Positions 28,711 to 38,157 of a stretch of DNA of 64,000 nucleotides are shown here, in pieces. This stretch comes from Candidatus Levybacteria bacterium RIFCSPLOWO2_02_FULL_37_18 (lineage in GTDB: Bacteria; Patescibacteriota; Microgenomatia; Levybacterales; UBA12049). Each line of letters starts with the position of its first letter. The stretch's first letter is position 1. Made by a program: the position numbers and the translations under genes. The DNA lies in contig MFPD01000005.1 of the NCBI GenBank assembly GCA_001784115.1, forward strand, positions 7,074-71,073, given 5' to 3'. Below the pieces are notes generated by a model that was given only the letters and a program-made list of their open reading frames with translations, searched no databases and was not told the origin of the DNA.

Positions 28711-28855
28711 TATTTGCTCGGGTCGATACAGAAAATTTCTTCGCGCCCGGCTTGGTTCAACTTTTACGTCTTCTGATCCACGTTACGGCTGTATTCCTTG
28801 GATGAATTACAGTTTATTCGCACATGCAAAATTTTGTATCTCCCCTCGCCTTAAA
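28711..28855 (+). repeat. ~145-bp dispersed repeat, copy 1
   Basis: Similar to 33750-33895 (shared gaaaatttcttcgcgcccggcttggttcaa, gtcttctgatccacgt, tttattcgcacatgc). Confidence 0.9.
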
Positions 28856-28868
28856 CAGTATAACAATT

Positions 28869-29606
28869 TTAATATGTCGGTACTGCGATATAAGTAACTG
28901 TGTTCGAGTACTGATTTGGTTTGAAGGTATTTGATATGTTTATTTTATAGATAATTTCTGATTTGCCGGTGGTTGTGTTAGCTGTTGCTCTTAGAACAGT
29001 TTGAGGAGATTGCTGTTTGGAATTATTGGCAAAATGCTTAAAGGTCTCGGGAATTAAAAAGTCATCCGCGCAATCCGAAGATATAAGATTGTCACAGCGG
29101 TAGCCGAATCCATACGTCAAAATATTTGACCACGTTGAGGCAATATCTTCTTTGCAAAAGCCGTCGTCGCAGGTAGTATCCGGAATTATGTCCGGGCTTA
29201 CCGCATTAATAAGTTCGTGGTTTTCATAAGCCGTAACAAAGTACCCAATAGATTTTGACCGGTTGGTAGAAAGAGTCGTGGTGCGGATGATAGGATTCGT
29301 TGGGGTAAGCATGCCAAAGTTGATTGTTGTATCGGAAACGGAAAATTCAAAGAAATCATCCGTGGTTATTATTGAAAAGGTTTTTTCTCCCTCCGGGGGA
29401 GGGGTAATAACCGGAATTTTTTGAGTTTGTTCTGCGGTTTGTTTGAGCTCAATTGTGTAATTGTCAGAAGACATGCTTTCAGCTCCTACAGAGCTGGAAA
29501 ATAATCCAATAAACGAATAAACGAATAATTCAATAAATAGCACAAGAATTTTTAATTTGAAATTTTTAATTTGAAATGAATTTTTAAAATTTAATTTTTT
29601 AAACAT
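28869..29606 (-). CDS. Secreted WxL-like beta protein
   Basis: Signal/TM, MSSDNYTI, INFGMLTP, GFGYRC, YSNTVTYIAVPTY C-terminal strand; N-terminus includes heptamer-derived KKLNFKNSFQIKNFKLKI. Confidence 0.55.
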   Translation of the reverse strand: MFKKLNFKNSFQIKNFKLKILVLFIELFVYSFIGLFSSSVGAESMSSDNYTIELKQTAEQTQKIPVITPPPEGEKTFSIITTDDFFEFSVSDTTINFGMLTPTNPIIRTTTLSTNRSKSIGYFVTAYENHELINAVSPDIIPDTTCDDGFCKEDIASTWSNILTYGFGYRCDNLISSDCADDFLIPETFKHFANNSKQQSPQTVLRATANTTTGKSEIIYKINISNTFKPNQYSNTVTYIAVPTY

Positions 29607-29674
29607 TTTAATTTTATTGTCTTGCGAAGTAATATCCTGCTTCGCAGGAAAAATTGTAAATTTAAAATTAAAAA

Positions 29675-30130
29675 TTAATTCTTGGTTCCTTGTATTTCCT
29701 TGCTGTGTTCTCGGCCAAAAAAGAATGCTAAGGGTGAGACAAGAACAATTGATCCTACCTTTGCAATGTTTTCATATACAGCATTTGAAAGAATTTCCGG
29801 AAGAAATATAGCCACAATTCCCAGTACAAATACAAAAACAGTTGTCGGTTCAAAGACAAATACCAACCCAAACGTGATAAAATAAAGAAGAAAAAATAAG
29901 CCGGATGACAATTTACCGGTTATAAAAACAAAAAAAAGCACAATGGTAATAACGCCAAAAATAGCCAAGGGTTCTGGAATATGTTTTTTTCGAAACAAAA
30001 GAAATGCATATAATCCTGCCGCGATTATTCCCAGGATGAGATATATTGCATTAGAAAAAGGAAGAATATCGCGGACAAAAACAATTGCACAGGCTGTCAA
30101 AATAAGGAAGGATTGGTATAACAATTTCAT
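29675..30130 (-). CDS. Small multi-pass membrane protein
   Basis: ~5 hydrophobic segments, ITG.LSS.LFFLLYF motif. Confidence 0.75.
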   Translation of the reverse strand: MKLLYQSFLILTACAIVFVRDILPFSNAIYLILGIIAAGLYAFLLFRKKHIPEPLAIFGVITIVLFFVFITGKLSSGLFFLLYFITFGLVFVFEPTTVFVFVLGIVAIFLPEILSNAVYENIAKVGSIVLVSPLAFFFGREHSKEIQGTKN

Positions 30131-30185
30131 GCTTGTAAGGGAAAACTATAACTATTATACTTAATATACCTATTATAACGATTAT

Positions 30186-33002
30186 ATGAAAGACTACAAG
30201 CCTTTGGAAATTGAGGTTAAGTGGAAAAAAATGTGGGACGAGAAAAAAATATACAGCCCTGATTTGGACAGCGTAAAAAGGCCATTTTATAACCTGATGA
30301 TGTTTCCCTATCCGTCTGCGGAAGGACTTCACGTAGGCTCGGTCTTTACATTCACCGGCGTTGATACATACGGAAGATTTAAACGCATGCAGGGATTTGA
30401 TGTCTTCGAACCCATGGGACTTGACGGGTTTGGAATTCACAGTGAAAACTATGCCTTAAAAGTGGGCCGCCATCCAAAAGAACAGGCAAAACGATCAGAA
30501 GAGAACTTTTATCGACAGCTTTCTTCTATTGGAAATGGGTTTGACTGGAGCAGAAAACTAGAAACATATGATCCAAACTATTACAAATGGACTCAATGGA
30601 TCTTTATACAGCTCTTTAAAAGAGGACTTGCATACAGAAAAAAAGCTCCGGTAAACTTCTGTCCTTCATGTAAAACAGTTCTTTCGGATGAGCAGGTCAT
30701 TGATGGGAAATGCGAGAGGTGTGGTTCGGTTGTCGAAAAAAGAGAGCTTGAACAATGGTTCTTTAAAATCACTGACTATGCAGAGCGACTTTTGAATAAT
30801 ATCCCAAAGTTGAACTGGACAGAAAAAGTTAAGATTGCCCAAAGGGATTGGATCGGAAAGCGGGAAGGAACCACAATCCGCTTTGTCATTGCGAGGACCC
30901 AGAACGAAGTGAAGGGGACGAAGAAATCTCAAAAAGATCAGATTATCATGGGTTCTGCGAACCCTCGCAATGACAGTCAATATATTGAGGTTTTTACCAC
31001 ACGGGGCGATACGCTGTATGGGGCGACGTTTATTGTTTTGGCACCCGAGCACCCGGTCGTCGCTTCGCTCCTCCGGAATTCAGAATTAGAAAAGATACGA
31101 AAGTACGTTGAGGAGGTCAAAAAGAAAACGGAGATTGAAAGGGGAGCACAAGGGAAAGAGAAGACAGGGGTATTTACCGGTTTATACGCGATCAATCCGA
31201 TTAATAATGAATCAATTCCTGTATGGATTGCAGATTACGCGTTGATGGGTTATGGCACAGGAGCATTATTTGGAGATGCGCATGACGAGCGGGACGTAGC
31301 GTTTGCTAAAAAATATGGAATTCCTCTAAAAGCAACTCTTATTACAGGAGACAAAGAAAGAGACGAGCGTATTCTAAAGCTTGAAGAATGTTTTACCGGA
31401 GACGGGACATTGGTTGATTCGGGGGAATTTTCAAGGTTGTCTTCACAGCAAGCACGGGAAAGAGTAGCAGAATGGCTCGAAAAGAATAAAAAAGGAGGCA
31501 GAAAAGTAACGTATCATCTTCGCGACTGGCTTATTAGCAGGCAGAGATACTGGGGGCCGCCGATACCGATGATCTACTGTCAAAGTTGTGCAGGTAAAGG
31601 CAGATCTTGGTTTAATTCCATTGACAGTAAAGAAGAGAATGTATCAAGTATTAAGTATAAGGTATCAAGCAAGGACGGGAAATTTCTTAATACTAAATAC
31701 GTAATACATACTACTGATGACATGGTAGGATGGTATCCAATTCCCGAGGAAGACCTGCCTGTCATCCTGCCCGATGTCCAAGATTGGAGGCCTGAAGGAA
31801 CCGGAGTCTCGCCCTTGGCAAATCATCCGGAATTTTATAAAACAACGTGTCCTAGTTGCGGTGGAAAAGCAAGGCGGGAAACAGACGTCTCGGATACATT
31901 TTTAGATTCTGCTTGGTACTTTTTTAGGTATTTAGCAACGGAGATACATGATGTGCCGTTTCCTTCGGAAGGGTTCATAAATTCCAAATCAACAAATCAA
32001 CAAATCAACAAATCAACAAATTTGATGATTGGAAATTGGAAATTGGAAATTGGAAATTTCGCGAAGCGAGTAAAGTGGCTTCCCGTAACTATGTACATTG
32101 GCGGAGCAGAACATTCGGTTCTCCACCTATTATACTCCAGGTTTATTACTATGGCGTTTAAGGATTTGGGTTTGATTGATTTTGAAGAGCCGTTTGCTCG
32201 GTTTTACGCACATGGACTTATTATTAAAGATAGAGCGAAAATGAGCAAAAGCAAAGGCAATGTCATAAATCCGGACGAGTATTTGGCAAAATACGGCGCA
32301 GATGTTTTACGGGCGTATTTAAGGTTTGTAGGGCCATTTGATATGGGAGGCGATTTTAGGGACAGCGGAATTGAGGGAATGCAGAGATTTTTGAAACGAG
32401 TTTGGAGATTGGTTAATGATGTCATCGCGAGCGAAGCGAAGCAATCTTCTGACCCGAAAGAGATTGCTTCGCCCTCCTTTGGCGAGGCTCGCAATGACAA
32501 TGAGGGAAAACGAGTAATGAATAGGATAATCAAGGGAGTAACAGATGATCTGGAGGCTCTGCGATTTAATACTGCCATGGCAAAGCTGATGACGTGGTAT
32601 AACTATCTTTCTCAGCAAAAAAATGTAAGTAAAAAAGAGCTTGAGACATTTTTAAAGCTTCTGGCGCCTATTGCGCCTTTTATAACCGAGGAATTATATC
32701 AAAATGTCATTGCGAGTCCGGAGGGCGCTGCAATCTCAGATGACGGAAGTTTTCGATCTGTTCATCTTCAACCGTGGCCGTCATACGAGCCTAAGATGCT
32801 GGAAGAAGGAGAAGTAACAATTGTGGTTCAGGTGAATGGGAAAGTTCGTGATTCGTTCACAGTTCATAGTTTACAGTTCACAGAACAAAGCAAAGTTGAA
32901 AAGAAAGCAAAAGAGAGTTCAAAGATAAAAAAGTATATAGAGGGGAAAAAGATTAAGAAAGTCATTTATGTTGAGGGGAAAATTATCAATTTTGTCGTCT
33001 AA
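30186..33002 (+). CDS. leuS: Leucine--tRNA ligase with repeat-derived in-frame insertions
   Basis: MFPYPSAEGLHVG (HIGH), RDWLISRQRYWG, KMSKSKGN, VVQVNGKVR. Confidence 0.98.
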   Translation: MKDYKPLEIEVKWKKMWDEKKIYSPDLDSVKRPFYNLMMFPYPSAEGLHVGSVFTFTGVDTYGRFKRMQGFDVFEPMGLDGFGIHSENYALKVGRHPKEQAKRSEENFYRQLSSIGNGFDWSRKLETYDPNYYKWTQWIFIQLFKRGLAYRKKAPVNFCPSCKTVLSDEQVIDGKCERCGSVVEKRELEQWFFKITDYAERLLNNIPKLNWTEKVKIAQRDWIGKREGTTIRFVIARTQNEVKGTKKSQKDQIIMGSANPRNDSQYIEVFTTRGDTLYGATFIVLAPEHPVVASLLRNSELEKIRKYVEEVKKKTEIERGAQGKEKTGVFTGLYAINPINNESIPVWIADYALMGYGTGALFGDAHDERDVAFAKKYGIPLKATLITGDKERDERILKLEECFTGDGTLVDSGEFSRLSSQQARERVAEWLEKNKKGGRKVTYHLRDWLISRQRYWGPPIPMIYCQSCAGKGRSWFNSIDSKEENVSSIKYKVSSKDGKFLNTKYVIHTTDDMVGWYPIPEEDLPVILPDVQDWRPEGTGVSPLANHPEFYKTTCPSCGGKARRETDVSDTFLDSAWYFFRYLATEIHDVPFPSEGFINSKSTNQQINKSTNLMIGNWKLEIGNFAKRVKWLPVTMYIGGAEHSVLHLLYSRFITMAFKDLGLIDFEEPFARFYAHGLIIKDRAKMSKSKGNVINPDEYLAKYGADVLRAYLRFVGPFDMGGDFRDSGIEGMQRFLKRVWRLVNDVIASEAKQSSDPKEIASPSFGEARNDNEGKRVMNRIIKGVTDDLEALRFNTAMAKLMTWYNYLSQQKNVSKKELETFLKLLAPIAPFITEELYQNVIASPEGAAISDDGSFRSVHLQPWPSYEPKMLEEGEVTIVVQVNGKVRDSFTVHSLQFTEQSKVEKKAKESSKIKKYIEGKKIKKVIYVEGKIINFVV

Positions 33003-33074
33003 ATTTAGCAATCATTTCGATTGAATGCCAGTGAGTATTTTTTATAAGATTAGATTGTAAAATATTGCCAAACC

Positions 33075-33734
33075 ATGAATTTTAGCCTCAATAATACCTT
33101 TTTTAAGGAATTTAGCTTCGAGCATCTTCGCTCTACTTATCCTATAATCATTAAAAAATACCGTTTTTCGCTCCTGCTTGGCATAGCAGGTCTGATATTC
33201 TTTGGATATGGTTTGATTACTTTATTAAGTTCGAGTAATTCTGATGATGAGATTGAGTATAAACCTGTTGTTGCTAACCAAACGAACGAAAATAAAGGGA
33301 CTATGGTTGTTGATGTCAGCGGAGCTGTGGTTAATCCCGGCGTGTATAAACTGAGTATTGATTCACGGGTTTGGGACGGCTTAATAAAAGCAGGAGGTTT
33401 ATCAAGCGGAGCAAACAGGGAATGGGTATCTAAGAATTTAAATTTAGCCGCAAAGCTTTCTGACGGAGGCAAAATATACATACCAACAGGGCAAACAGGC
33501 ATCACGAGCACCATGGGCAGCATAAAAGGAGAGAACTTAGGTTCGGTTGAGGGATTTATAGATATTAACACGGCAAGTGAAGGAGAGCTGGATTCGCTGC
33601 CGGGTATAGGGCCTGTAACCGCGCAAAAAATCATTCAAAACAGGCCATACAGTGCCACAGAAGACCTTATTTCAAAAAAAGTTGTTACAGGTAAAGTGTT
33701 TGAGAAGATTAAAGGGAAAATATCAGTGTACTAG
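33075..33734 (+). CDS. comEA: Competence DNA-binding protein ComEA
   Basis: TM, SLBB (VDVSGAVVNPGVY), HhH (INTAS..ELDSLPGIGPVTAQKII). Confidence 0.92.
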   Translation: MNFSLNNTFFKEFSFEHLRSTYPIIIKKYRFSLLLGIAGLIFFGYGLITLLSSSNSDDEIEYKPVVANQTNENKGTMVVDVSGAVVNPGVYKLSIDSRVWDGLIKAGGLSSGANREWVSKNLNLAAKLSDGGKIYIPTGQTGITSTMGSIKGENLGSVEGFIDINTASEGELDSLPGIGPVTAQKIIQNRPYSATEDLISKKVVTGKVFEKIKGKISVY

Positions 33735-33749
33735 TGTACTAAATATGCT

Positions 33750-33895
33750 TATTCGCTCGGTTCGATATAGAAAATTTCTTCGCGCCCGGCTTGGTTCAAT
33801 TTCTATGTCTTCTGATCCACGTAACGGCTTTACTCCTTGGCTGTTGGTGCAATTTATTCGCACATGCGAAATTTTATATCTCACCTCGCTTTAAA
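33750..33895 (+). repeat. ~145-bp dispersed repeat, copy 2
   Basis: See 28711-28855; fills almost the whole comEA-comEC spacer. Confidence 0.9.
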
Positions 33896-33897
33896 AT

Positions 33898-35208
33898 ATG
33901 AACAAAGTTCAGATCGCAGTTGCAGTATTTTTATTTATTGCACTTTTGTTGAGGTTCTATTTCTACTTCCATAATCAAATTCCTTATCAAGACGGGGAGA
34001 AAGTAGAACTGGAAACCACGCTTTTTTCCCAACCAACCGTAGGCAGATTTAATCAAAAACTATTTATCCAAACCAAGCGGGGTCGAGTTTGGGTCATACT
34101 ACCTACGTATCCTCAGTATCATTACGGAGATATTATCCAAATTTCAGGCTCAATAAAATTAAAATCAAGCACTCAGAATAGTGGAATGCTAAGGAAAGAA
34201 AGGGTTATTCCGGTAATCTATTTTCCCGAAGTTGCGCCTGGAAAAAATGATAAAAATTTTGGGTTAGCCCCGATTCAATCGGGGTTAGCAATTGCTTCTT
34301 TCTTTCGCCAAAAAATGATTACGCTTTTTCAAAATTCTCTCTCTTCACCTTCGTCCAGTCTTTTGCTGGGAATTGTTTTTGGGATTAAAGAGTCCGTGGG
34401 TACGCAATTTACCTATCATTTACGAGTGTCGGGGGTTATGCACGTGGTGGCTGCGTCAGGAATGAATGTGACCATGGTAATTGCTTTTTTAACGCCGATT
34501 TTTTTATTAATCTTTCGGCGCCAAATAGCATTACTGCTTGTTGGTGTATGTATCCTATTTTACGCGTTTGTTTCAGGGCTCCAGGCATCGATTGTGCGGG
34601 CAAGCATTATGGGAATGTTTGTTTTAGCAGCTCAAGTCACGGGCAGGCAAACATGGCCTCTCTATGGGCTTTGTATGGCCGGATTTTTAATGCTTTTTAT
34701 AAGTCCTCAAACACTTTTTGACATAGGGTTCCAACTTTCGTTTATATCAACACTCGGATTATTGTTTATTCGACCGCTTATTGGTTTTAAAAATGTATTA
34801 GGAGATGATATGGCAACAACTATCTCTGCTCAAATCGCGACACTTCCCATACTCCTTGGGAATTTTGGCAGTTATTCAGCAGTTTCTGTGGTTGTAAATG
34901 GGTTGGTATTATGGACAGTACCAATTCTAATGATTATTGGAGGAATTGGGGGGCTGATTGGCCTTGTATTTGAACCACTAGGTAAACTTCTCCTTTTTGT
35001 CTCCCTCCCTTTTTTGATATATTTTGAGATGGTAGTGTCATGGTTTGGAGAGCATTCGGGGACAATCTCAGTATCTTCTTTTCCGTGGGAACTTGGAGCG
35101 GGGTATTATTTGATACTTAGTTCCTTTGTTCTCTATTTCCAGAAAACTCGGAATACTCGGAAAATCAGTAATTCAGCACATCAGAAAGCCAGAAAATCAG
35201 AACAATGA
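33898..35208 (+). CDS. comEC: ComEC/Rec2 competence channel domain (split gene, part 1)
   Basis: SGVMHVVAASGMNV, SIVRASIM, DIGFQLSF. Confidence 0.92.
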   Translation: MNKVQIAVAVFLFIALLLRFYFYFHNQIPYQDGEKVELETTLFSQPTVGRFNQKLFIQTKRGRVWVILPTYPQYHYGDIIQISGSIKLKSSTQNSGMLRKERVIPVIYFPEVAPGKNDKNFGLAPIQSGLAIASFFRQKMITLFQNSLSSPSSSLLLGIVFGIKESVGTQFTYHLRVSGVMHVVAASGMNVTMVIAFLTPIFLLIFRRQIALLLVGVCILFYAFVSGLQASIVRASIMGMFVLAAQVTGRQTWPLYGLCMAGFLMLFISPQTLFDIGFQLSFISTLGLLFIRPLIGFKNVLGDDMATTISAQIATLPILLGNFGSYSAVSVVVNGLVLWTVPILMIIGGIGGLIGLVFEPLGKLLLFVSLPFLIYFEMVVSWFGEHSGTISVSSFPWELGAGYYLILSSFVLYFQKTRNTRKISNSAHQKARKSEQ

Positions 35209-36071
35209 AGAAGCATCTACTTATTATTTGTCTTTCTCTTTTAGCTTTAGCGGGGTTGATCTTGTATCAGCGTTTTATATTTTTTGATGGTAAACTACAT
35301 CTGGTTTTTTGTGATGTGGGCCAGGGAGACGGAATATTTATTCGCACACCGAATGGAAAAAATATTATTGTAGACGGAGGGCCGGATGACAAGATTGTAT
35401 CGTGTTTGTCTTCTCACATGCCGTTTTGGGAGAAAATTATACACATGGTTATACTCACTCATCCCCACGCGGATCACCTAAACGGCCTAATTCCTGTAAT
35501 AAAACGATATACTGTTTTATCTTTTGATACTGAAAAAATCGAAAATAAAACAGGAGGGTTTTTGCAGTTAACGCAAGTAATTCAAAAAAAGAAAATACCA
35601 ATGAGGTTTCTTTGGCAAGGAGACACTTTTGGCATAAAAGACGGAGTTACGCTTACTATTGCCGGCCCAAGTAAAGAGTTTTTGGATGAGACGAGTCCTG
35701 GAGGAACAATCGGAGAGACAAAAGAATTCGGCTCCGTCCAAACACTTGTTTCGTATGGTTCTTTTAGAATACTTCTTACAGGTGATAGTCAGGCACAAGA
35801 ATTAGAAGATGCGCTAAAAAGTGGTATTTTGAATACTATTGATGTATTCCAGATACCACATCATGGTTCGAAAACGGGAGTTAATCGGGAAATAATCGAA
35901 AAGCTTAATCCGAAATTAGTAGTGATTTCTGTAGGAAAAAACAACTACGGCCACCCAAGTCCGGAGGTTGGGGAGTTATTAAGAAATAAAGAGATTAAAG
36001 TGCTAAGGACAGATAAAAATGGAAGTATAGAGATTATAAGCGACGGGAGGAAATTTGAAATTAAAAAATAA
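35205..36071 (+). CDS. ComEC metallo-beta-lactamase domain protein (split gene, part 2)
   Basis: DVGQGDG, THPHADHLNG, LLTGD, PHHGS, NNYGHP; ATGA overlap with upstream gene. Confidence 0.9.
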   Translation: MKKHLLIICLSLLALAGLILYQRFIFFDGKLHLVFCDVGQGDGIFIRTPNGKNIIVDGGPDDKIVSCLSSHMPFWEKIIHMVILTHPHADHLNGLIPVIKRYTVLSFDTEKIENKTGGFLQLTQVIQKKKIPMRFLWQGDTFGIKDGVTLTIAGPSKEFLDETSPGGTIGETKEFGSVQTLVSYGSFRILLTGDSQAQELEDALKSGILNTIDVFQIPHHGSKTGVNREIIEKLNPKLVVISVGKNNYGHPSPEVGELLRNKEIKVLRTDKNGSIEIISDGRKFEIKK

Positions 36072-36765
36072 TATTCTCAGATTCGTCTTCTAAGATAACA
36101 TCTTGAATTTGGTCAAAATCGTCGTTTTCGTTTACAAAAGACTCGTAAGAAAGTTGGGGATTGGTTTTAGAAAAATAACTTAATACTTCATCCGGTTGCG
36201 TCCATTCCGTTGTTCTCTGCCCAATATATTCAGGATACGAAGATGGTTGTCCCCAGCTTCGCAAGGCGTGGCCTTGCGAAGCTAAAGCTTGTTTATGAAT
36301 ATAGCGTGATAAATGAAGAAATTGTTCTTCCGTTAGAACAGAAACCCCTTTATACGTATCTTGATATAATGATCCCGTTCTCTTGTATTTCTTATTAAAG
36401 TACATAGTATATCGTGTGCATAATGAATTCATAAATTTATCTATCGAAAGTGCATTTTTTTGCTTGACAAAAAAATGAAAATGATTTGGCATTAAGCAAT
36501 AGGCAAGTAAGGTAATTTCGTCCGCAAAATTATTAAGTCGCAACGCTTTTAGAATTTTATATTTTTCTCTAGAAGATATGTTGGGATCAGCAAGTTGTGT
36601 CCTAAGACCTATTTCGTCTTTCGGAAGTAAATATTCCTCAAGATAACTTAAAAACACAGCATAATCTTGCATGTCTAAAAATATTAATCTTTTTTCAACC
36701 CCTCGATTATAAAGATGATAGTAGCCATTTTCTAAATATTGTTTGACTCTGTTTTTAGCAGGCAT
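36061..36765 (-). mobile_element. REP-associated tyrosine (HUH/Y1) transposase, RAYT-like
   Basis: YYHLYNRG, AYCLMPNHFHF (HUH), LHLSRYIH, SSYPEY; TTGACA-17-TACACT at 36800-36772, 6 nt before ATG 36765. Confidence 0.88.
36255..36283. repeat. Palindrome inside the RAYT gene
   Basis: agcttcgcaagg-cgtgg-ccttgcgaagct (12-bp arms). Confidence 0.85.
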
Positions 36766-36815
36766 ATAAAAAGTGTAAAGTTTGCAAAGTTTTTTGTCAA
36801 GAGGTAATTGAGTTC

Positions 36816-36871
36816 CAAGGCGTGGCCTTGCGAAGCTAGCACTTGCGAAGCTAGCACTTGCGAAGCTAGCA
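36816..36871. repeat. Related palindrome plus 3 tandem 15-mers upstream of RAYT
   Basis: caaggcgtggccttgcg... then (cttgcgaagctagca)x3. Confidence 0.9.
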
Positions 36872-36927
36872 AAACGGGTACCAAGGGTACCAATACGGTA
36901 AAAACCCGTCAAGGTCAAGCTCGAAGA

Positions 36928-38151
36928 CTAAATCGGGATGGAGAAGGTGATGGTGGTGCCCTTGCCAGGCTCGGAATCTAATGTAATAATTCCGCCGTGG
37001 GCATCTATAATTTGTTTGGAAATAAACAACCCAAGTCCGGTGCCTGCAACGTGATTTTTTATTTCGCCTGCGTTTTTGCCGCTATCAATTTGATAAAACT
37101 TGGAAAACAATTCTCCTTGTTGTTCTTTAGGAATGCCAATTCCCGTGTCAGCCACAGAAACAGTAAGCTTTTTTGTTCCGCTTTGTATTAGCTGCGCGCT
37201 AACAGTTATCTTGCCTTTTTCTTGAGTAAATTTAACGCTGTTTGAAATTAAGTTGTTTAACACTTGTCCAATGCGGATTGGGTCAAGCATGACTTCTTTT
37301 GGCACGCTTTTGTCAATTTTAGCCAAAAGTTCAATCTTTTTATTCTTAGCTTGCACAGAAAATACCTCAACAACTTGCTCGATTAATTTTTTTATATCAC
37401 TAGGAGTTTTTTGGATGGTAAACTTGGAAGCTTGGATTTTTGCCAGGTCTAAAAGCGATGATATTTGATCCAAGATTCGTTTGGATTGATCATGTATTAA
37501 CGTAAGCATTTTTTCTCGTTCTTCTCTGCTCAATTTTTTGTTGGTAACCAGTATTTTGGACGCGCCTTTGACAGCGGTAATGGGAGCTCTGAGTTCGTGA
37601 ATCATCATGTTGACAAAATCATCTTTGACAATTGACAAAGAATTGTCAAATGTAACGTCTTTGATGACAAGACAGACAAGGGAGATTCTGGACTCCTCAC
37701 TTCGTTCGTCTCCAGAATGACGAAGAATGATCGGAGCAAGGTTCACTTTGAGAGTTTTTTCTTCTAATTTAATTTCCTGTTCTTCCAGAGCTTTGTTTTC
37801 CGTCAAAGTTTGTTCAACCATTTTCTTTAAATCAAATGTAGGAGGCAGGCTATTGACAATATCAGCCAGTTTTGGCTTGTTTGCCTTTATGCGTAGAATC
37901 TTTTTCGCGGAGGCATTGACAAACGGCAGTTCGTTAACACCGTCAATCATAATGATGCCGTCGGCTAAGTTTTCTAATACATTTTGAGCTATTTGTTCAT
38001 GTATTGATATGGTTTCGAAATCTTTTTTTGACACTCTTTCTTTTTTTAGTTTTTGTTCTTCAATAAATAATCCTAAGGCAGCAACTCCAAGGCAAATGGC
38101 GGCAAGACTCGGAAGAATAACAGGTAAATTAAGCAGGATTTGTAGATTCAC
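36928..38151 (-). CDS. PAS-containing sensor histidine kinase
   Basis: HELRAP H-box, NLISNSVKFT, DTGIGI, GTGLGL. Confidence 0.93.
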   Translation of the reverse strand: MNLQILLNLPVILPSLAAICLGVAALGLFIEEQKLKKERVSKKDFETISIHEQIAQNVLENLADGIIMIDGVNELPFVNASAKKILRIKANKPKLADIVNSLPPTFDLKKMVEQTLTENKALEEQEIKLEEKTLKVNLAPIILRHSGDERSEESRISLVCLVIKDVTFDNSLSIVKDDFVNMMIHELRAPITAVKGASKILVTNKKLSREEREKMLTLIHDQSKRILDQISSLLDLAKIQASKFTIQKTPSDIKKLIEQVVEVFSVQAKNKKIELLAKIDKSVPKEVMLDPIRIGQVLNNLISNSVKFTQEKGKITVSAQLIQSGTKKLTVSVADTGIGIPKEQQGELFSKFYQIDSGKNAGEIKNHVAGTGLGLFISKQIIDAHGGIITLDSEPGKGTTITFSIPI

Positions 38152-38157
38152 AGGTCA

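Noticed and set aside
30884-32740. Inteins or introns in leuS
   Set aside because: Inserts are 10-35 aa, lack intein terminal motifs and match the DNA repeat families
36816-36871. CRISPR array
   Set aside because: Tandem 15-mers without spacers; no cas genes; other repeats are dispersed
36766-36918. N-terminal extension of RAYT (ASFASASFAS)
   Set aside because: Translation of the tandem repeat and promoter region
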